From: Lama glama
Taxonomy: Eukaryota
DNA: 64,000 bases
Assembly (NCBI GenBank): GCA_028534125.1
Contig: CM052817.1
Span: forward strand, 18,788,001-18,852,000
Direction: 5' to 3'
Part shown: positions 1 to 12,292 of the stretch, in pieces
How the letters are laid out: every line of letters starts with the position of its first letter
Numbering within the stretch: position 1 is the stretch's first letter
Made by a program: the position numbers and the translations under genes
The notes under the pieces: generated by a model
Told to the model about the DNA's origin: nothing
Databases searched by the model: none
The model's input: the letters and a program-made list of their open reading frames with translations, nothing else

Positions 1-74
1 TTCATGCTTATTAAATATGTCTCTTTTGTTTATGTTATCGCATTACTGCCCAGAATAACTGTGTAAGTTGGGAT

Positions 75-150
75 AGTTTTATCTTCGTTTTACAGATGAG
101 CAGACTAAGGCTGAGAGCTTAACAACCTGGACTCAGCTTGTACTGATCCA
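75..150 (-). mobile_element. MIR SINE core fragment
   Basis: ttttacagatgagcagactaaggctgagag matches the MIR core (ttttacagatgaggaaactgaggc). Confidence 0.6.
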
Positions 151-554
151 GGTGTTACTGCAACACAGAATTATCCATTATCACTAGTAGTCATGCTACT
201 ATCGTTGTTGTTATTTGAAGGCATTCCTGGGGATAAGACACAGAGGAGCTGGCTGATTTCCTCTGAGCATATGGAGGAAAGCAGACACTTCAGAATGCTG
301 AGGTCCCCACAGCCTGCGCCACGTGAGGCGGGCTCCTGCCCTCCTTGAATCTTGACATATTCTATCAAAGCTTGGCAAAGGTTCGAAAACCAGGTTAACA
401 TTAAGTATTTCTACCTCCCTAAGCATCCCCAACTCATGCCTTCCCTGGCCAGCTCAGATGCTGCTCACCGTGAAGGCAGGTCACAGATAGCGAATCCTCA
501 AACACATCAAGTGGTAGGGCTTTAAAAAACGCGTAGATTTGTGACCCAATAATG

Positions 555-1780
555 ACAGTCTACAACTGGAAACAGGTGTCCATCAACAGGAGCTTGGATA
601 GAATGGAATGAAGAGACAAGCATAAATACAATTATATGGATGAAACTCAGAAACATTATATTGAGTGAAGAAAAAAAGGATACTGGTTTCCTATTGCTGC
701 TGCACCAAATCACCACATACTTAGTGACATAAAGCAAGGCAAAGGTGTTATCTTACAGTCCTGGAGGTAAAGGCCACAATGGGTCTCCCTGGGCTAAGAT
801 CAGTCCTGTTAGCAGCTGTTTTTGTGCCTAGATGCTCTATGGAATAATTCATTTTTCTGCCTCTTTCAGCTTCTGGAAACTCCGCATTCGTTGGCTTGTA
901 GCCTTTTCAACCTTCAAAGCCAGCAACGTTCAGTCAACCCTTTCCTAAGATGCCATTTCTGTGGTTTTGACTCTTCTGCCTCCCTCTTCTTCTTGTGGTT
1001 ACATTGTGCCCACTCAGATAATCCAGGATAATTTCCCTATTTCAAGGTCAGCTGACTAGCAGCCATAATCCCGTGTACGACTTTAATTACCCCTTCACAT
1101 CACGCCGTGTAACGTGACATGAGCGCAGGTTCTAGGGACCGTGAGGTAGGCATGGGGCGGGGGGCATTATTCTGTCATTGACAGTCCTGCTTAAAGGAGC
1201 ATATGTGTATGACTTCCACTCAACCAAATTCTAGAACCAGCAAAATTAATCTTTGTGGGGAAAAAAATACGGAAACATGGTTGCTCTCGGGCTTAGCGGC
1301 AGAGATTAAGAAGATGCATTAGGCAACGTTCTGGAATGATGCTGATGTTCTTTATTTTGATAGAAATTTTTGTTACATAGGTCTATAAATTAGCCCAAAC
1401 TCAATGTTTTATATATATATATATATAATTTTTGTTATATATGTAATTTTTACATACATACATGTTTATTATATGTAAAATGTTTATTATATGTAAATTT
1501 TACCTCAAAAAGATAAAAAAGGATCCACAGCAAATATCAAACTCTTGTAAATGGTGTCTATGTGTAAATATTTAGGAGAAAGTGCACTGATGTCTGTAAC
1601 TGGCTAAGAAATACACTGACAATTGGATTAATGGGCAAGTTGAGGGATGGATGGATGCATAGATAGGTACATGGTAAATCAAGTGTAGTAAAATGTTTGT
1701 TGTAGGCAGTAGTAGGTTAGTTTTAGGTCTCTGTGTTTACTATAAAATCATTTCGATTTTCTATATGTTTAAGAATTACA
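555..1780 (+). mobile_element. Old L1 (L1ME/L1MC-like) 3' region, split by an MLT1 LTR
   Basis: tgtccatcaacagg...atggatgaaactcagaaacattatattgagtgaa, resuming after ~1185 with ttctggaatgatgctgatgttctttattttgatag. Confidence 0.7.
681..1183 (-). mobile_element. MLT1-type (ERVL-MaLR) solo LTR
   Basis: gtttcctattgctgctg...cttagtgac...cagataatccaggataatttccctatttcaaggtcagctga...ggggcattattctg, typical of reverse-oriented MLT1. Confidence 0.8.
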
Positions 1781-3723
1781 GTGAAACATGGAGGGGGCAT
1801 GTGTAGGTTAGGGGTAGCGATACTGTGCAGCAGTTCTGCACCACACCCCTGCTTGCTCTCTTTACTGTCCTCTGGGCACTGAGGTTGGACTGCACTACAA
1901 CACTCAGATTACAGGATAGATTAATCCTTACTGAGTTTAGGAACTCACTTTGGCCCCAGAGCTCTCTCTTGCTATTTTCCAAACCTAGATTTTGAGAAAT
2001 TTTTGAAAAACAGTGAATCCCACTTAACACTGCTATCCCATTGAAGCCTTTCTGGGCAAAATTAATCCTTTTGACTCTCAGCCCTGGCAAGATGTTGTGT
2101 GCATGTGAGGGTGGTGGGGTGGGGGGTGGAGTTCCGTCTCGGGTGTTGGGTGCACGTGGATAGTCAGGAATTTATTCTAGAGAACCCAGCACACATCCTT
2201 ACCACAGAAGAACCTCAGTCAGACGCTGCAGCTGCGCTGTGATGAAAAGAAACTATAGCAAAGCTGATTCCTATTTCTCCCCAACAGAGACTGCCCAGAG
2301 ACTGGTCTCTCTCCAGTGTTATAAATCCCTGTCACTTTATTCTATCCGGCCGCTTTGAGGCCTGCGTGCAAACCCGTTCATTTGTCACATTAGGCTCCAG
2401 TGGAGTGCGTGGACAGCCCATTATACTCTCATGAAGGACGCCGATCTTTTACCCCATCACAGTCAGCCGTGCATTTGGATATATGCCCTTTGGAAAATTC
2501 TGAAATGTGCCCTCAGCTTCAGAGCTTCTCAAGTGATTCCTCCAGATGCCGAACATCCCCCTTCTCTCATGGACGTAGGCAGGCTTTCTGGACGCTCACG
2601 CAGCTGCTCCCCATAGATTCATGATGTTTCTCTACGTATGCTGTCAGTGGGACCACATTCCAATCTGATTTTTAAAAGAAAAGGACAGAGTTGTACCTTT
2701 ATATATACATTTGTTTGTTTGTTTTAAAACACATTTGCTTTGGCTTGTGAGGATTCAAGATGTGATCTCTGGGCCCTCGCAAATTTCTGGTCTGAACTAG
2801 GCCCCCTCTGTCAACACTACAAGGTCAGTAACACCGGGCTCCTTGAAACCAAAGTCTCATTTGTCGTAACTGCGGCTACATGCCTCTCCCTTCCCCACTC
2901 CTCCCGACTGTGACAGACTACAATAACTCAGATAACATCACTGCTAATAAAATGGGCCTTTTCCCTCGACACTGCGCTTAGCAACTCTCCACAGTCCAGA
3001 TAAATTCAATACTTTCCTATGAAAACCCAGGCCCGGTAAAAACACAACCTCCGTGAGTCCCTGGTGATGCTCTCGCTGGCAGTTGTTCATGGATGATAAA
3101 TTGCTTTGATTCCAGAGAGTGGCAAAGACTGCTACTTAAGTCGAAACTTATGAAAATACCAGAGAGTACTTTGCTCACGTGCAGTTAACATCTAATTATT
3201 CTTTGCTGCTTCTCTTTCCCTTTGTCCCCCGCTGTTTCAAGCAACAGGTTGATTTTTCTACCTGAAGTCTGTCAACTTCAACTTACCCTTCTTAAATGAC
3301 TGATGACTTTGTTTATATTTCCCCTCAAATTCCTTCCTACTTCCCTTTGTTATTTCTTTGATTGGAGCTTTATTCCTAATGAAACTGTGACTTATTTTTT
3401 TTCTTGAGGGTTACTTCATTTGTAAGAGGCTTAGAATGATCTAATGGTTGGATTCAAGCAGACATACCCGACTTTTCCTTGATATAGAAATGTGTATTCA
3501 ATTTAAGTTATTGACTCATTTGTCCTTTTATTGATTCGACATTCACTGTAAACTTCATATTTACACTTGCTGAGTATTTTCAGATATTTACAATTACTTT
3601 CAATCATATTAACAATAAACCTAAACTTAAGTAACTCTGAGTTGATAGAATATATTAGATCATAAAAGAAATAGTTTGTGTATATGAGAAAGGAAGCACC
3701 ATACAGGAAAAGGGTAAGACCAG

Positions 3724-3726
<3 letters not shown>

Positions 3727-3755
<29 letters not shown>
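3727..3755. repeat. (TG)n microsatellite
   Basis: Uninterrupted TG run. Confidence 0.95.
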
Positions 3756-3757
<2 letters not shown>

Positions 3758-3784
3758 ACATATATATTTAGAAACACTGTGACT

Positions 3785-3925
3785 TTATTTATTATTTATT
3801 TTTAATTTGGGGAGGGTAGGTAATTAAATTTCTTTCTTTCTTTCTTAGTGGAGGTACTGGGGATTGAACCCAGGATCTTGTGCATGCTAAGCATGTGCTC
3901 TACCACTGAGCTATACTCTCTCCCC
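3785..3925 (-). mobile_element. tRNA-Ala-derived SINE (camelid vic-1 type)
   Basis: Reverse complement reads GTATAGCTCAGTGGTAGAGCACATGCTTAGCATGCACAAGATCCTGGGTTCAATCCCCAGTACCTCCA: tRNA-Ala(AGC)-like with A and B boxes, followed by an A-rich tail. Confidence 0.9.
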
Positions 3926-3934
3926 TATTTTTTT

Positions 3935-4363
3935 TTTTTAAGAACTTGGTTCAAGTGATTATGGAGACTGAGAAGTCCCAAGACCTAAGATAGGCAAGCT
4001 GGAGACCCAGAGGAGCCCATGATGTATTTGCACTCCAGAAGTTGGTGGCAGACTTGAGATCCAGGATCTGATGTTTCAATTCAAGTTTAAAAGTAGGGAA
4101 AGACTGATACCTCAGCTCATGCCATCAGGTAGGAGGAATTCCCTCATACTTGCAAGAGAATTAGCCTTTTTATTCTATTCAGGCCTTCAACTGATTGGAT
4201 GAGGATCCCCCACCCGAGGGAGAATGATCAGCTTTATTCAGTCTACCAACTCAAATGTTCATCTCACCCAAAACATCCTCACCAACACATCCAGAATAAC
4301 GTCTCACCAAATATTGAGGCACCTGTGGCTCTATCAGGTTAACACATAAAGTTAACAAGCACA
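3935..4363 (-). mobile_element. MLT2-type (ERVL) LTR
   Basis: attatggagactgagaagtcccaag...ttcaggccttcaactgattggatgagg...cacataaagttaac are MLT2 hallmark segments. Confidence 0.85.
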
Positions 4364-4655
4364 CTGTCTTTGACCTTCTTCAACCTAAATCACCTCTTCC
4401 AAGAGAAATCTCCTCGCTCACTTTATCTTTTATAGATGTGAAAATTGCTTTATTATATTTACCCTTTTAAATGCACTCTTCTCCCCATGTTCCTCATCTA
4501 GATTAGCAGTCACAATCCACCAGTCACTCCAAACCCTCCCCATTTCCTACACAGCCTCAACAATCAGTTCTCCCTCTTCCCATGCTTACTGTTTACTCGT
4601 CTATTAGATCAGCTCTTCCTTTCCTTTTACCTCAACTATTACTGTAATAGATTCT

Positions 4656-4790
4656 TTTTAAAAAAATATTTGGGTGGGGACATAATTAGGTATACTCATT
4701 TGTTTATTTTTAGAGGAGGTACTGGGGATTGAAACCGGGACCTTGTATATGCTAAACATGTACTCTACCACTTGAGCTATACCTCCCCTT
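4656..4790 (-). mobile_element. tRNA-Ala-derived SINE (vic-1 type)
   Basis: gaggtactggggattgaa...tgagctatacctcccc; TSD tg(t/c)aatagattct at 4643-4655 and 4791-4803. Confidence 0.9.
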
Positions 4791-5529
4791 TGCAATAGAT
4801 TCTCAATTGTTGTCCTTGACTCTTTAATGTTCCCACTGCTTCCAGAACTATCTTATAAAAAAATAGTTTGACTCCTCCTTGGTGCTACCCAAGGTTCCAG
4901 AGGAAACAAAGCAAGTATCATGTTTCTGGGGAATTATGCTGAGCACAGTTGCCTGGGGCCTTCGTGAATCATAGACAGCCTTTTCATGGTAGCATAAAAT
5001 AACCAAATCCAAGAAGGATTCCACATCCCTTTTCAGGAAAGAATATCCAGGAGTGGCTTTGAGCTATTGGTCAAAGGTGTGTAAAGAAGGTTTAAGTGAG
5101 GCAGCACATCATGCATTCAAATGCTGGGCTATACTGATACTTACATGATGGATTCATACAAGTGTATTAGAACTAGTGCTGTGAACAGTGTGGGGTACAA
5201 GGCACCCACTTGTAGATAAAAGGGAGGGTATAGCAAGGTGATACATATAAGGCTTAGATGCGCTGATAAGATCGTGTCTCATCTGCCACAAATACCCGCC
5301 ATGCTGATTCATTGCTTATGAAACATATCCCATCAAACACTGTTATCATGATGAACACATGTATTTGCATTTTTATATGGTTAGCTTCTACTCTCATCCT
5401 AGATACACCATTTAGTAACTAACACCCTTGGAGAAATTGCTTTAGGTCTCTAGGTCTATTTCTTTATCTACAAAATAATAAGGTCATTCTTGCAATGTTG
5501 TTCTGAAAAATAGTTAATTAAAATTGCCT

Positions 5530-6272
5530 ACATGAATACCACTTCATACACATTAGGATGTCTATTATACAACAAACAAACAGACAGTAACACATGTTAG
5601 TGATGATTGGAAACCTTGGTGGGAATGTAGAATGGTGCTGCCACTATGGAAAAGAGTATGGTGTTTTCTCAAAAAAAAAAAAAAAAAGAAAAAAAGGATT
5701 ACCATTACCATATGATCCAGTAGTTTCACTTCCGGGTGTATAAGTGAAAGAAATGAATGCAAGGACTTGAAGAGATATTTGTAAACTTATCTTTATAGCA
5801 GCATTATTTACAACAGGCAAAAGATGAAAGCAACCCATGTGTCCATCAACAGATGAATGGATGAACAAAATGTAGTATTTACATATAATGGAATATTATT
5901 TAGTCTTAAAAAAGAATGGAATACTGACACATGTTACAACACGGAGTGACTCGAAGACATTATGCTGAGTGAAATAAATCTGTCACATAAAGACAAATAC
6001 TCTATGATCCCACTTTTTTGAGGTACGCAGATTAATCAGATTCATAGAGACAGAAAGTAGAATGATAGTTTCAAGGACTGGGGAAATGGAAGATTGAGAA
6101 GTTTTTGTTTAATAGAATGAAGCTTCAGTTTGGGGAGATGAAAAATATTCTGGAGGGATGGTGGTAAGAGTTGCCAAGCAAGGTATATATATTTAATGCC
6201 ACTGAACTATATACTTAAAAATGATTAAGTTGGTATATTTTATGTTATGTATATCTTACTAAAATAAAAATA
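5530..6272 (+). mobile_element. L1 (L1MB-like) ORF2 end and 3' UTR
   Basis: ttaccatatgatccag, gcagcattatttacaa, tgtccatcaacagatgaatggatgaacaaaatgtag, cattatgctgagtgaaataa; ends in an A-rich tail. Confidence 0.9.
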
Positions 6273-6539
6273 TAGGCTGTATGTAATACACATAAATCTC
6301 TCTGAAATAAGACCCTCATGGTTTAGCCGCTGTCCTTACACACCCTACTCGTCCCCTTGGCTTCTGCCATTCTACTCTATACCCCATTCCCTGGATGGGC
6401 AATGTATATTCATAGTGTGTACATTCCCTCATACGTTTTTTTCCCACTTGGCTGTATTTATGATCTCGTTTCAATTATTGAAATCTACTTTACTTTAATG
6501 TCCCATGTCCCCAGTGAACCATTTCCAGATACCCCTGTT

Positions 6540-6770
6540 TAGAATCAGTCAGTTACTCCTTCACCTGTACCCTGTGCCATGCTTACTTATACCCTGATTT
6601 ACATGGCATTTATTGCCCGTCTGTTATAGATGGTTGTTGGCATTTGGTGTCCTCCGTCCCAGGATCAGCTCCCGGAATGCAGGGTGTCTGATTTCTCCGT
6701 CCTTCCCTTCTTGTGCCTAGTCATTCCATAACTATTCCACCTGAAATGGGAGCCTCCCTGAATAACCCTT
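6540..6770 (+). mobile_element. L2 3' fragment
   Basis: Diverged L2 3' pattern (catggcatttattgcc...cagctcccggaatgcagggtgtctg). Confidence 0.45.
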
Positions 6771-7399
6771 GAGATTGGTTCTTGCTTTTGCTTTGTAAGA
6801 GACAGGTTAAACTGAACAGTAATTAAAGGGAATTTTTCTCTGTTTAAAAATAGTTTCAAAAAGGTTCTGCAGTTTAATTTATATGAAGATTTTTATTGTC
6901 CTCTACTTTCTCTTTAGCAGCTAGACTTTAATACTATTTACATGAGTGCCACTTAAAGGACTAAGGGTTGATCTTGTATTTTCAATTTGGAAAAAAAAAA
7001 GGAGATAATAATATTTCAGTTTTTCTATTTGTAAGAATTCACAGAGAAAACAATTTTTTCTCAAGTATACTAGCTAATGTTGATAGAGTAAGTGGCAGCT
7101 ATAGAACAGGCAAGCTATTAAAACATCAAAATTTAAGGTGAACAACACCACTTAACTGGTCTCATTGTTACGTAAATTGGAAATCCTATAGCGCTAATGA
7201 TGCATGGCAGAGACACAGGCTTTTTCTCATATTGCTCTGCATACTCTTAATTATCCTCTGCAAGTTAACTGTACCCTGAAGGAGTAAGCTACATTGTCTT
7301 TAACAATGTTGGCTCCTGAATCTTACACCTGGCATCATTTTGGTTCTAGGCATACAGAAGCACTGGGTTTCTTTCATTATGAAGTGCTTTGAATATATA

Positions 7400-7590
7400 A
7401 AATAAATAAACAACAAGGACCTACTGTATAGCACAGGGAAATATATTCAGTTTCTTGTAATAACATATAATGGAAAAGAATCTGAAAAGAAGAAAATCTA
7501 TATATATGTATGTATAACTGAATTGCTTTGCTGTACACCTGAAACTAACATTGTAAATCAATTACACTTCCATAAAAAATTTTAAATGGA
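7400..7590 (+). mobile_element. Artiodactyl-type L1 3' end (5'-truncated)
   Basis: aacaacaaggacctactgtatagcacaggga...tttgctgtacacctgaaactaacattgtaaatcaa. Confidence 0.9.
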
Positions 7591-9424
7591 TAACAAATAA
7601 TTTTTAAAAAGCTTTAAAGAAATTGTATCAACTAAAGTGTAGGTCATGATGTCCATTTAGAAATTTCTCTACCCCTGTCTGAAACCAAAGTTCTGGGGAA
7701 CTCTAACTCAGCCTTGAGTAGCTTCCTCTTAATGAACAAATGAACCAGTCGAGGACTGGGAGTTGCCGATTCCGTAGTGCCTTCCTTACTAAATAGGCAT
7801 ACAGGCAGAATATTTCTTCTTTCTGTCTTGATTTTATTGCTGTAGTAACTACTCATGCTATTTGTCACATTCCTTTTTTCTTTTTTCTTGGGTGTGTTTC
7901 TGGTGTCTTCTCATCCTCTGGAAGAGGTCCATGTATTGGAAGAAGTGCCCTCTCTACCCACCCAACACTGAGTCGGTAATTCTGTACAGCATGTCGTGGG
8001 GGCCATTAGTGTGACTAGGTATCACAGAGCCTCCAAGCCTCATGCCTCAGACTGACACAGACTGTTAAAGATCCTTTACAATGCACTCGAGCCACGAAGG
8101 GAAAAGGACGACTCTTTTTCAGGCAATCCATGGTTCAATATTGACAGGAGCATTAGAAGAAATTTCAGATTGCCTCTTTCTGCTGGCTAGAAAGTCCTGT
8201 AATTGTGGCAGACAGGGGGCAGAACGCCTTTGGTGGCTGACAGTGAAAATACTTGATCCGAGCTCTCAAAGCTTTTGTAGATATTTCTACCCAGAGAAGA
8301 GCACCAGGGCTACATTAGTTGAGTCCTTGAGATGCAATTGAGGAGGCAATGCTATTTTCCTTCTGGCTGAGAGTAATGGCAGAGCCTCTTTGCAACAAAT
8401 GATCATAAATTGCCCGCGTGTCTCCCAGGCAATGAAAGGGCTTGCATGTTAGAGCTAATGCAAGCTGCTCTCTCACTTTTGAGTAGTGCTTGCTCTTGGG
8501 AAGAAATGAGGGCCTGAGGATACAGCTACCAGGACATGTCTGTATGCCTCAAGTAAATGCGATTGAGAGGGAAAGTCTTTCAGCTCTTAAGTTACTTGAA
8601 AAACAGAGTCTCAAACCTCAATAATCAAATCAAGAGGGAACCGAAGCCAGATAACTCAGATCAAATGAAACTGGGAAATAAGAAAGGGCGAGAGTAAACA
8701 AGATCCCCAGCCAGGGGTAAGCCTGACTGTCAGCTCTGTCTCATATCCATTTTCTGGTTTTTGTTTTTGTTTAAAATTCTGTATGAGAATATGTGAGTAA
8801 TGTTATAAAAAGTGGTATCAAAAAGCTTGCATGTATTTCAAGTTTAAATTCAGAGAAAAGTTCTTGTTCAGGGCTGCTTGAGGCCATTTTGGCCAATTTT
8901 GTAATGATTGTGGTACACAATCTAGGTCATCTTTAAACTTCCTGAGCTTCAGTGTTTCCTAGTTCTTTGCAGATCATTTTATGATTAAATTTCAAATGTA
9001 CAGACACAGTAAGTGACTTCTGATGGACTTCGATTATGCTCATACCTGTGCTTAAAATTTTTCCTTAGAAGCCCTGGAGTGTCGTATGTGTTTCTAGAAT
9101 GCCTCTATGAGGACTGAATCAGCAAAACACAGACGGGATTTTGCTACCTGGCCATCCTATGCTGTTTCTCTCTCTCTCTCTCTTTTTTTTTTTTCACTTT
9201 GAAAGCCTAATTGTGTTTATTCATTGAAATGATTCCCATATAGAAATGGAATAACCCAAATTTTAAAGTAAAAGTATTCAGCCAAAGGGAACTATTCAGA
9301 AAAAAATACATTTATAGATAATTTTTATTAAGCTACTTTTTGACATGCTGTTAATGATACTGGTCCTGATGATGGTGTGTGTCACCTGGGAGGTGTTTTC
9401 TAGTTGCAGGAGAGTCTACTAGTT

Positions 9425-9575
9425 ATATCACGGATTATCTCATTTAATTTCCTCAGCATCCTTATCATGATGATTACTCATATTCACTGAAGAAACTGAG
9501 TCTCAGAGAGGATAACTGAGGTCTTACAAAGAGTATGTGGGAGATAATGGCCTTTAATCCATATAATTCTAATTC
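9425..9575 (-). mobile_element. MIR SINE
   Basis: attatctcatttaatt...tgaagaaactgagtctcagagagg. Confidence 0.7.
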
Positions 9576-10029
9576 CCAAGGCAAAACACCAACAAGGAAA
9601 GAACGGGGTAACTGAAAAGGCACTAGGGGTTTTGTTAAGAGATTCAGAATACAGTTTGCACTCTCATTTCCCAGTTTCATTTGCTTTTGAGATCCAGCGT
9701 CTGGTCCTCCTAATTTTGCAGGGAACAGCCATCTTATTTGCTGAAACCCCACTTTTAATCATCAGCCATGTAGGCTAAGTGCTGTTGACTCAGCTCCCAG
9801 CTGCAGGTGTTCAGCCCCGGTTGACTTACGTAAGCATTTTCCTGGTTCTAAAGATGGGTCAGGTATTTGCCAGAACTTCAAGTTAAGGAGTCAATCTCTT
9901 CCTTTTCCTGCAAGAACTACCAAAACATACACTGCTATTCATTGGATTGTGTGATGTGTGAAAATATGAGGAAAATTAAAGCAACTTTGTGGAAGAATGA
10001 ATCAAAACTCCCTGTGCCCATGTTTTCTG

Positions 10030-10480
10030 ACAGTGTAACTTTCCCACACCTCTCATCAAGAGATGGAAGTTCTTCCCTCACCTTGTGAGTCTAGGCTGGT
10101 TTTCTAACTTGCTTTGACCAACGTAAGATGAAAGAAACGACACTGTGAGACTCTGAGACAGCCTTTGTGGCTTCCATTTTTTCCTTTTTTCGAACTCTGT
10201 CCAAGACTACCACGTGAGGAAGCCAGTTTAGTTGCTGGAGGATGATTAAACAAGGAGGAGATCCATGTGTTCAAGATAACAGCCAACTTCAATGGTCAGA
10301 CCTGTGAGTCAGGCCAGCTTGGACCTTCCAATTCACCTGACCTTTATCTTAATGAAGCTACATGTGCGAATGCAGTGGAGCAACCATAGTCAGCCAATAT
10401 TACTGTGAGAGAGGGCAGATCATGGTCTCTTAAGCCACTTAGTTTTATGGTGGTTTATTAAGCAACAGTTAAACAATTCA
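10030..10480 (+). mobile_element. MLT1 (F/G/H-like) LTR
   Basis: ctcatcaagagatggaag...acttgctttgaccaa...ttaagccacttagttttatggtggtttattaagcaac. Confidence 0.75.
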
Positions 10481-11919
10481 GTCACTGGGACTAGCGAATT
10501 GAATGGCCCAGGGACAGTGATTACAGAGGGGAAAAAAAATGGGATTCTTGCTGTTCTCATGAGAGTTGTTAAATCAAGTGTCTCATAAAGTCTGCCCGCA
10601 TCTACACTTAGCATTTATGAGAGCCTACCCCTCACCCAGAATTCCCTCTCTACCATTTTTTCTTTTTGTTTCTGCAGGAGCTGGGATGGGGGATGGTTTT
10701 AGTCAGTTATGTTTCATTAAGCTGCAATACAGAGTAATTAATATATTATCTTAGTCAACATACTTTATTGTTGTTTAATTCTTATCATCTCTGGGTCTGT
10801 TCACCGTCTAAGGGATTAATAGAAATATTGTTATGAAAAGTAAAATTTTAAAGTCAAGATTATCTAAAGTTTGAGTAGAGTAAAGCTTTAGTAGCTTTAA
10901 TAAATGTTTCCTTTGTTCATTTCTGAAATGAATAATCCCTTAACTAACTCAACTAAAACTGGCCCTGGAGCAGACTTATGTTATTCTTTAAAATAACCTG
11001 GTAAACAAGATTTTCTGGTTTTAAAGCTGGAATTCTGAAATAGGTGATTGCATCTGCTCTTTTGCTGAGTGAGAAGGAGGGACATAGTTTTCAATCTGAA
11101 GTTAGAGGTCAGTTCTTCACCCACATAATGGGGCAGGTCCAATATCAAGTAAAACGGGGGGCTGAAAATAAAACACATACTTAAAAATTGTTATTAATTG
11201 TTGATATGTGTATTTCTGATATATGATTAAAATGAGTTTTGGAAATCTCTAAGCCTCTAGGCTACATTAGTTAGATTGACACTGGCTCTGGGCTTTCAAT
11301 GAGTCCTTGTTTCTGGATATTGGCTTCTAAAGTACCCCACTTGCAAAAATATCTCACTAACTATGACCTCAGTTATGAGGATAACATAACCTGGGTATTA
11401 AAAATGATGATTAATTATCTGTACAAATGTTTGGTTCCATAACTAAACTGAATAAAGTGATGTTATGAAGACTTAAAGTTTAGTTGTATTTGTAAGAAAT
11501 AATCAGAATTGAGTGTGGTATAAATCTCGTTCAGCCCTCTGATTAAAAGGTTCTGAGAGCCGTTCATTTACTTGTAAAATTTATTGAGTACCTACAATAT
11601 CTCAGGCCTTGTGCTGAAAGGAATGAGAAATGGTACATTTTCTCAGGAAGCTCATAATCTCAGGGATGAGCCAGGCAATTTTTCAGGCTGTACCATAAAG
11701 TGACTCAGGATAATGAGAAGTGGTTGACAATGCTGGACAAAGAGACAGAGCTAATTGGGTAGCCTCTTCAAAAGAAAGCACTGGCCAAGGTGCCCAGACT
11801 TGTCACTTTAGTTCGTGGAGCACTTCATTCACACTGTCTGTATTTTGGCACTCAGGCAAAGACCTATTTGGGGACCGAGGTACTTAATGAGGGAGAGTCA
11901 TCAGTGCTGGGTCAGACCT

Positions 11920-12292
11920 GGATCTTCTCTCCTCCCAGTCACCTGGTAGGATTGTATTTGCTGACCTTCTTTTAAGTGGGTGTGACAGAGTGATGACTTC
12001 CAGGCCATAAATTATGAACAGTAGTATCTTATGGCACTCCGGCGTGGAGCTTCTAACTTAGAAAACAAATCTCTACAGAGCATTCTCCCTTCTCTCTGCC
12101 ACTGCAACCAGCAATGTTCAAGATGGCGGCCGCTGTGGTTCATAGTGATCAGATGTGCGGAGCTCCCCCCGCTGATTCGCGGTGGACATACAGAAGGAGC
12201 ATGGCAGCTCGCTACCTGTATCTCTGTGAGTCACTGAGTTTTTCATGGTGCTTATTCCTAGAATGTTAAACAGTGCATCCTGACTGAATGAA
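11920..12292 (+). mobile_element. MLT1J/K-like LTR
   Basis: ggtaggattgtattt...gacttccaggcc...gcaatgttcaagatggc...gtcactgagtttt...catcctgactgaat. Confidence 0.6.

Noticed and set aside
1462..1497. Exact 18-bp tandem duplication (atgtttattatatgtaaa twice)
   Set aside because: Ordinary slippage in the AT-rich tail of an old L1. No spacer structure, so not CRISPR-like.
3849..3925. Functional tRNA-Ala(AGC) genes, here and at the three other copies
   Set aside because: Altered 5' ends, CpG-decay substitutions, A-rich tails and TSDs mark them as SINE copies.
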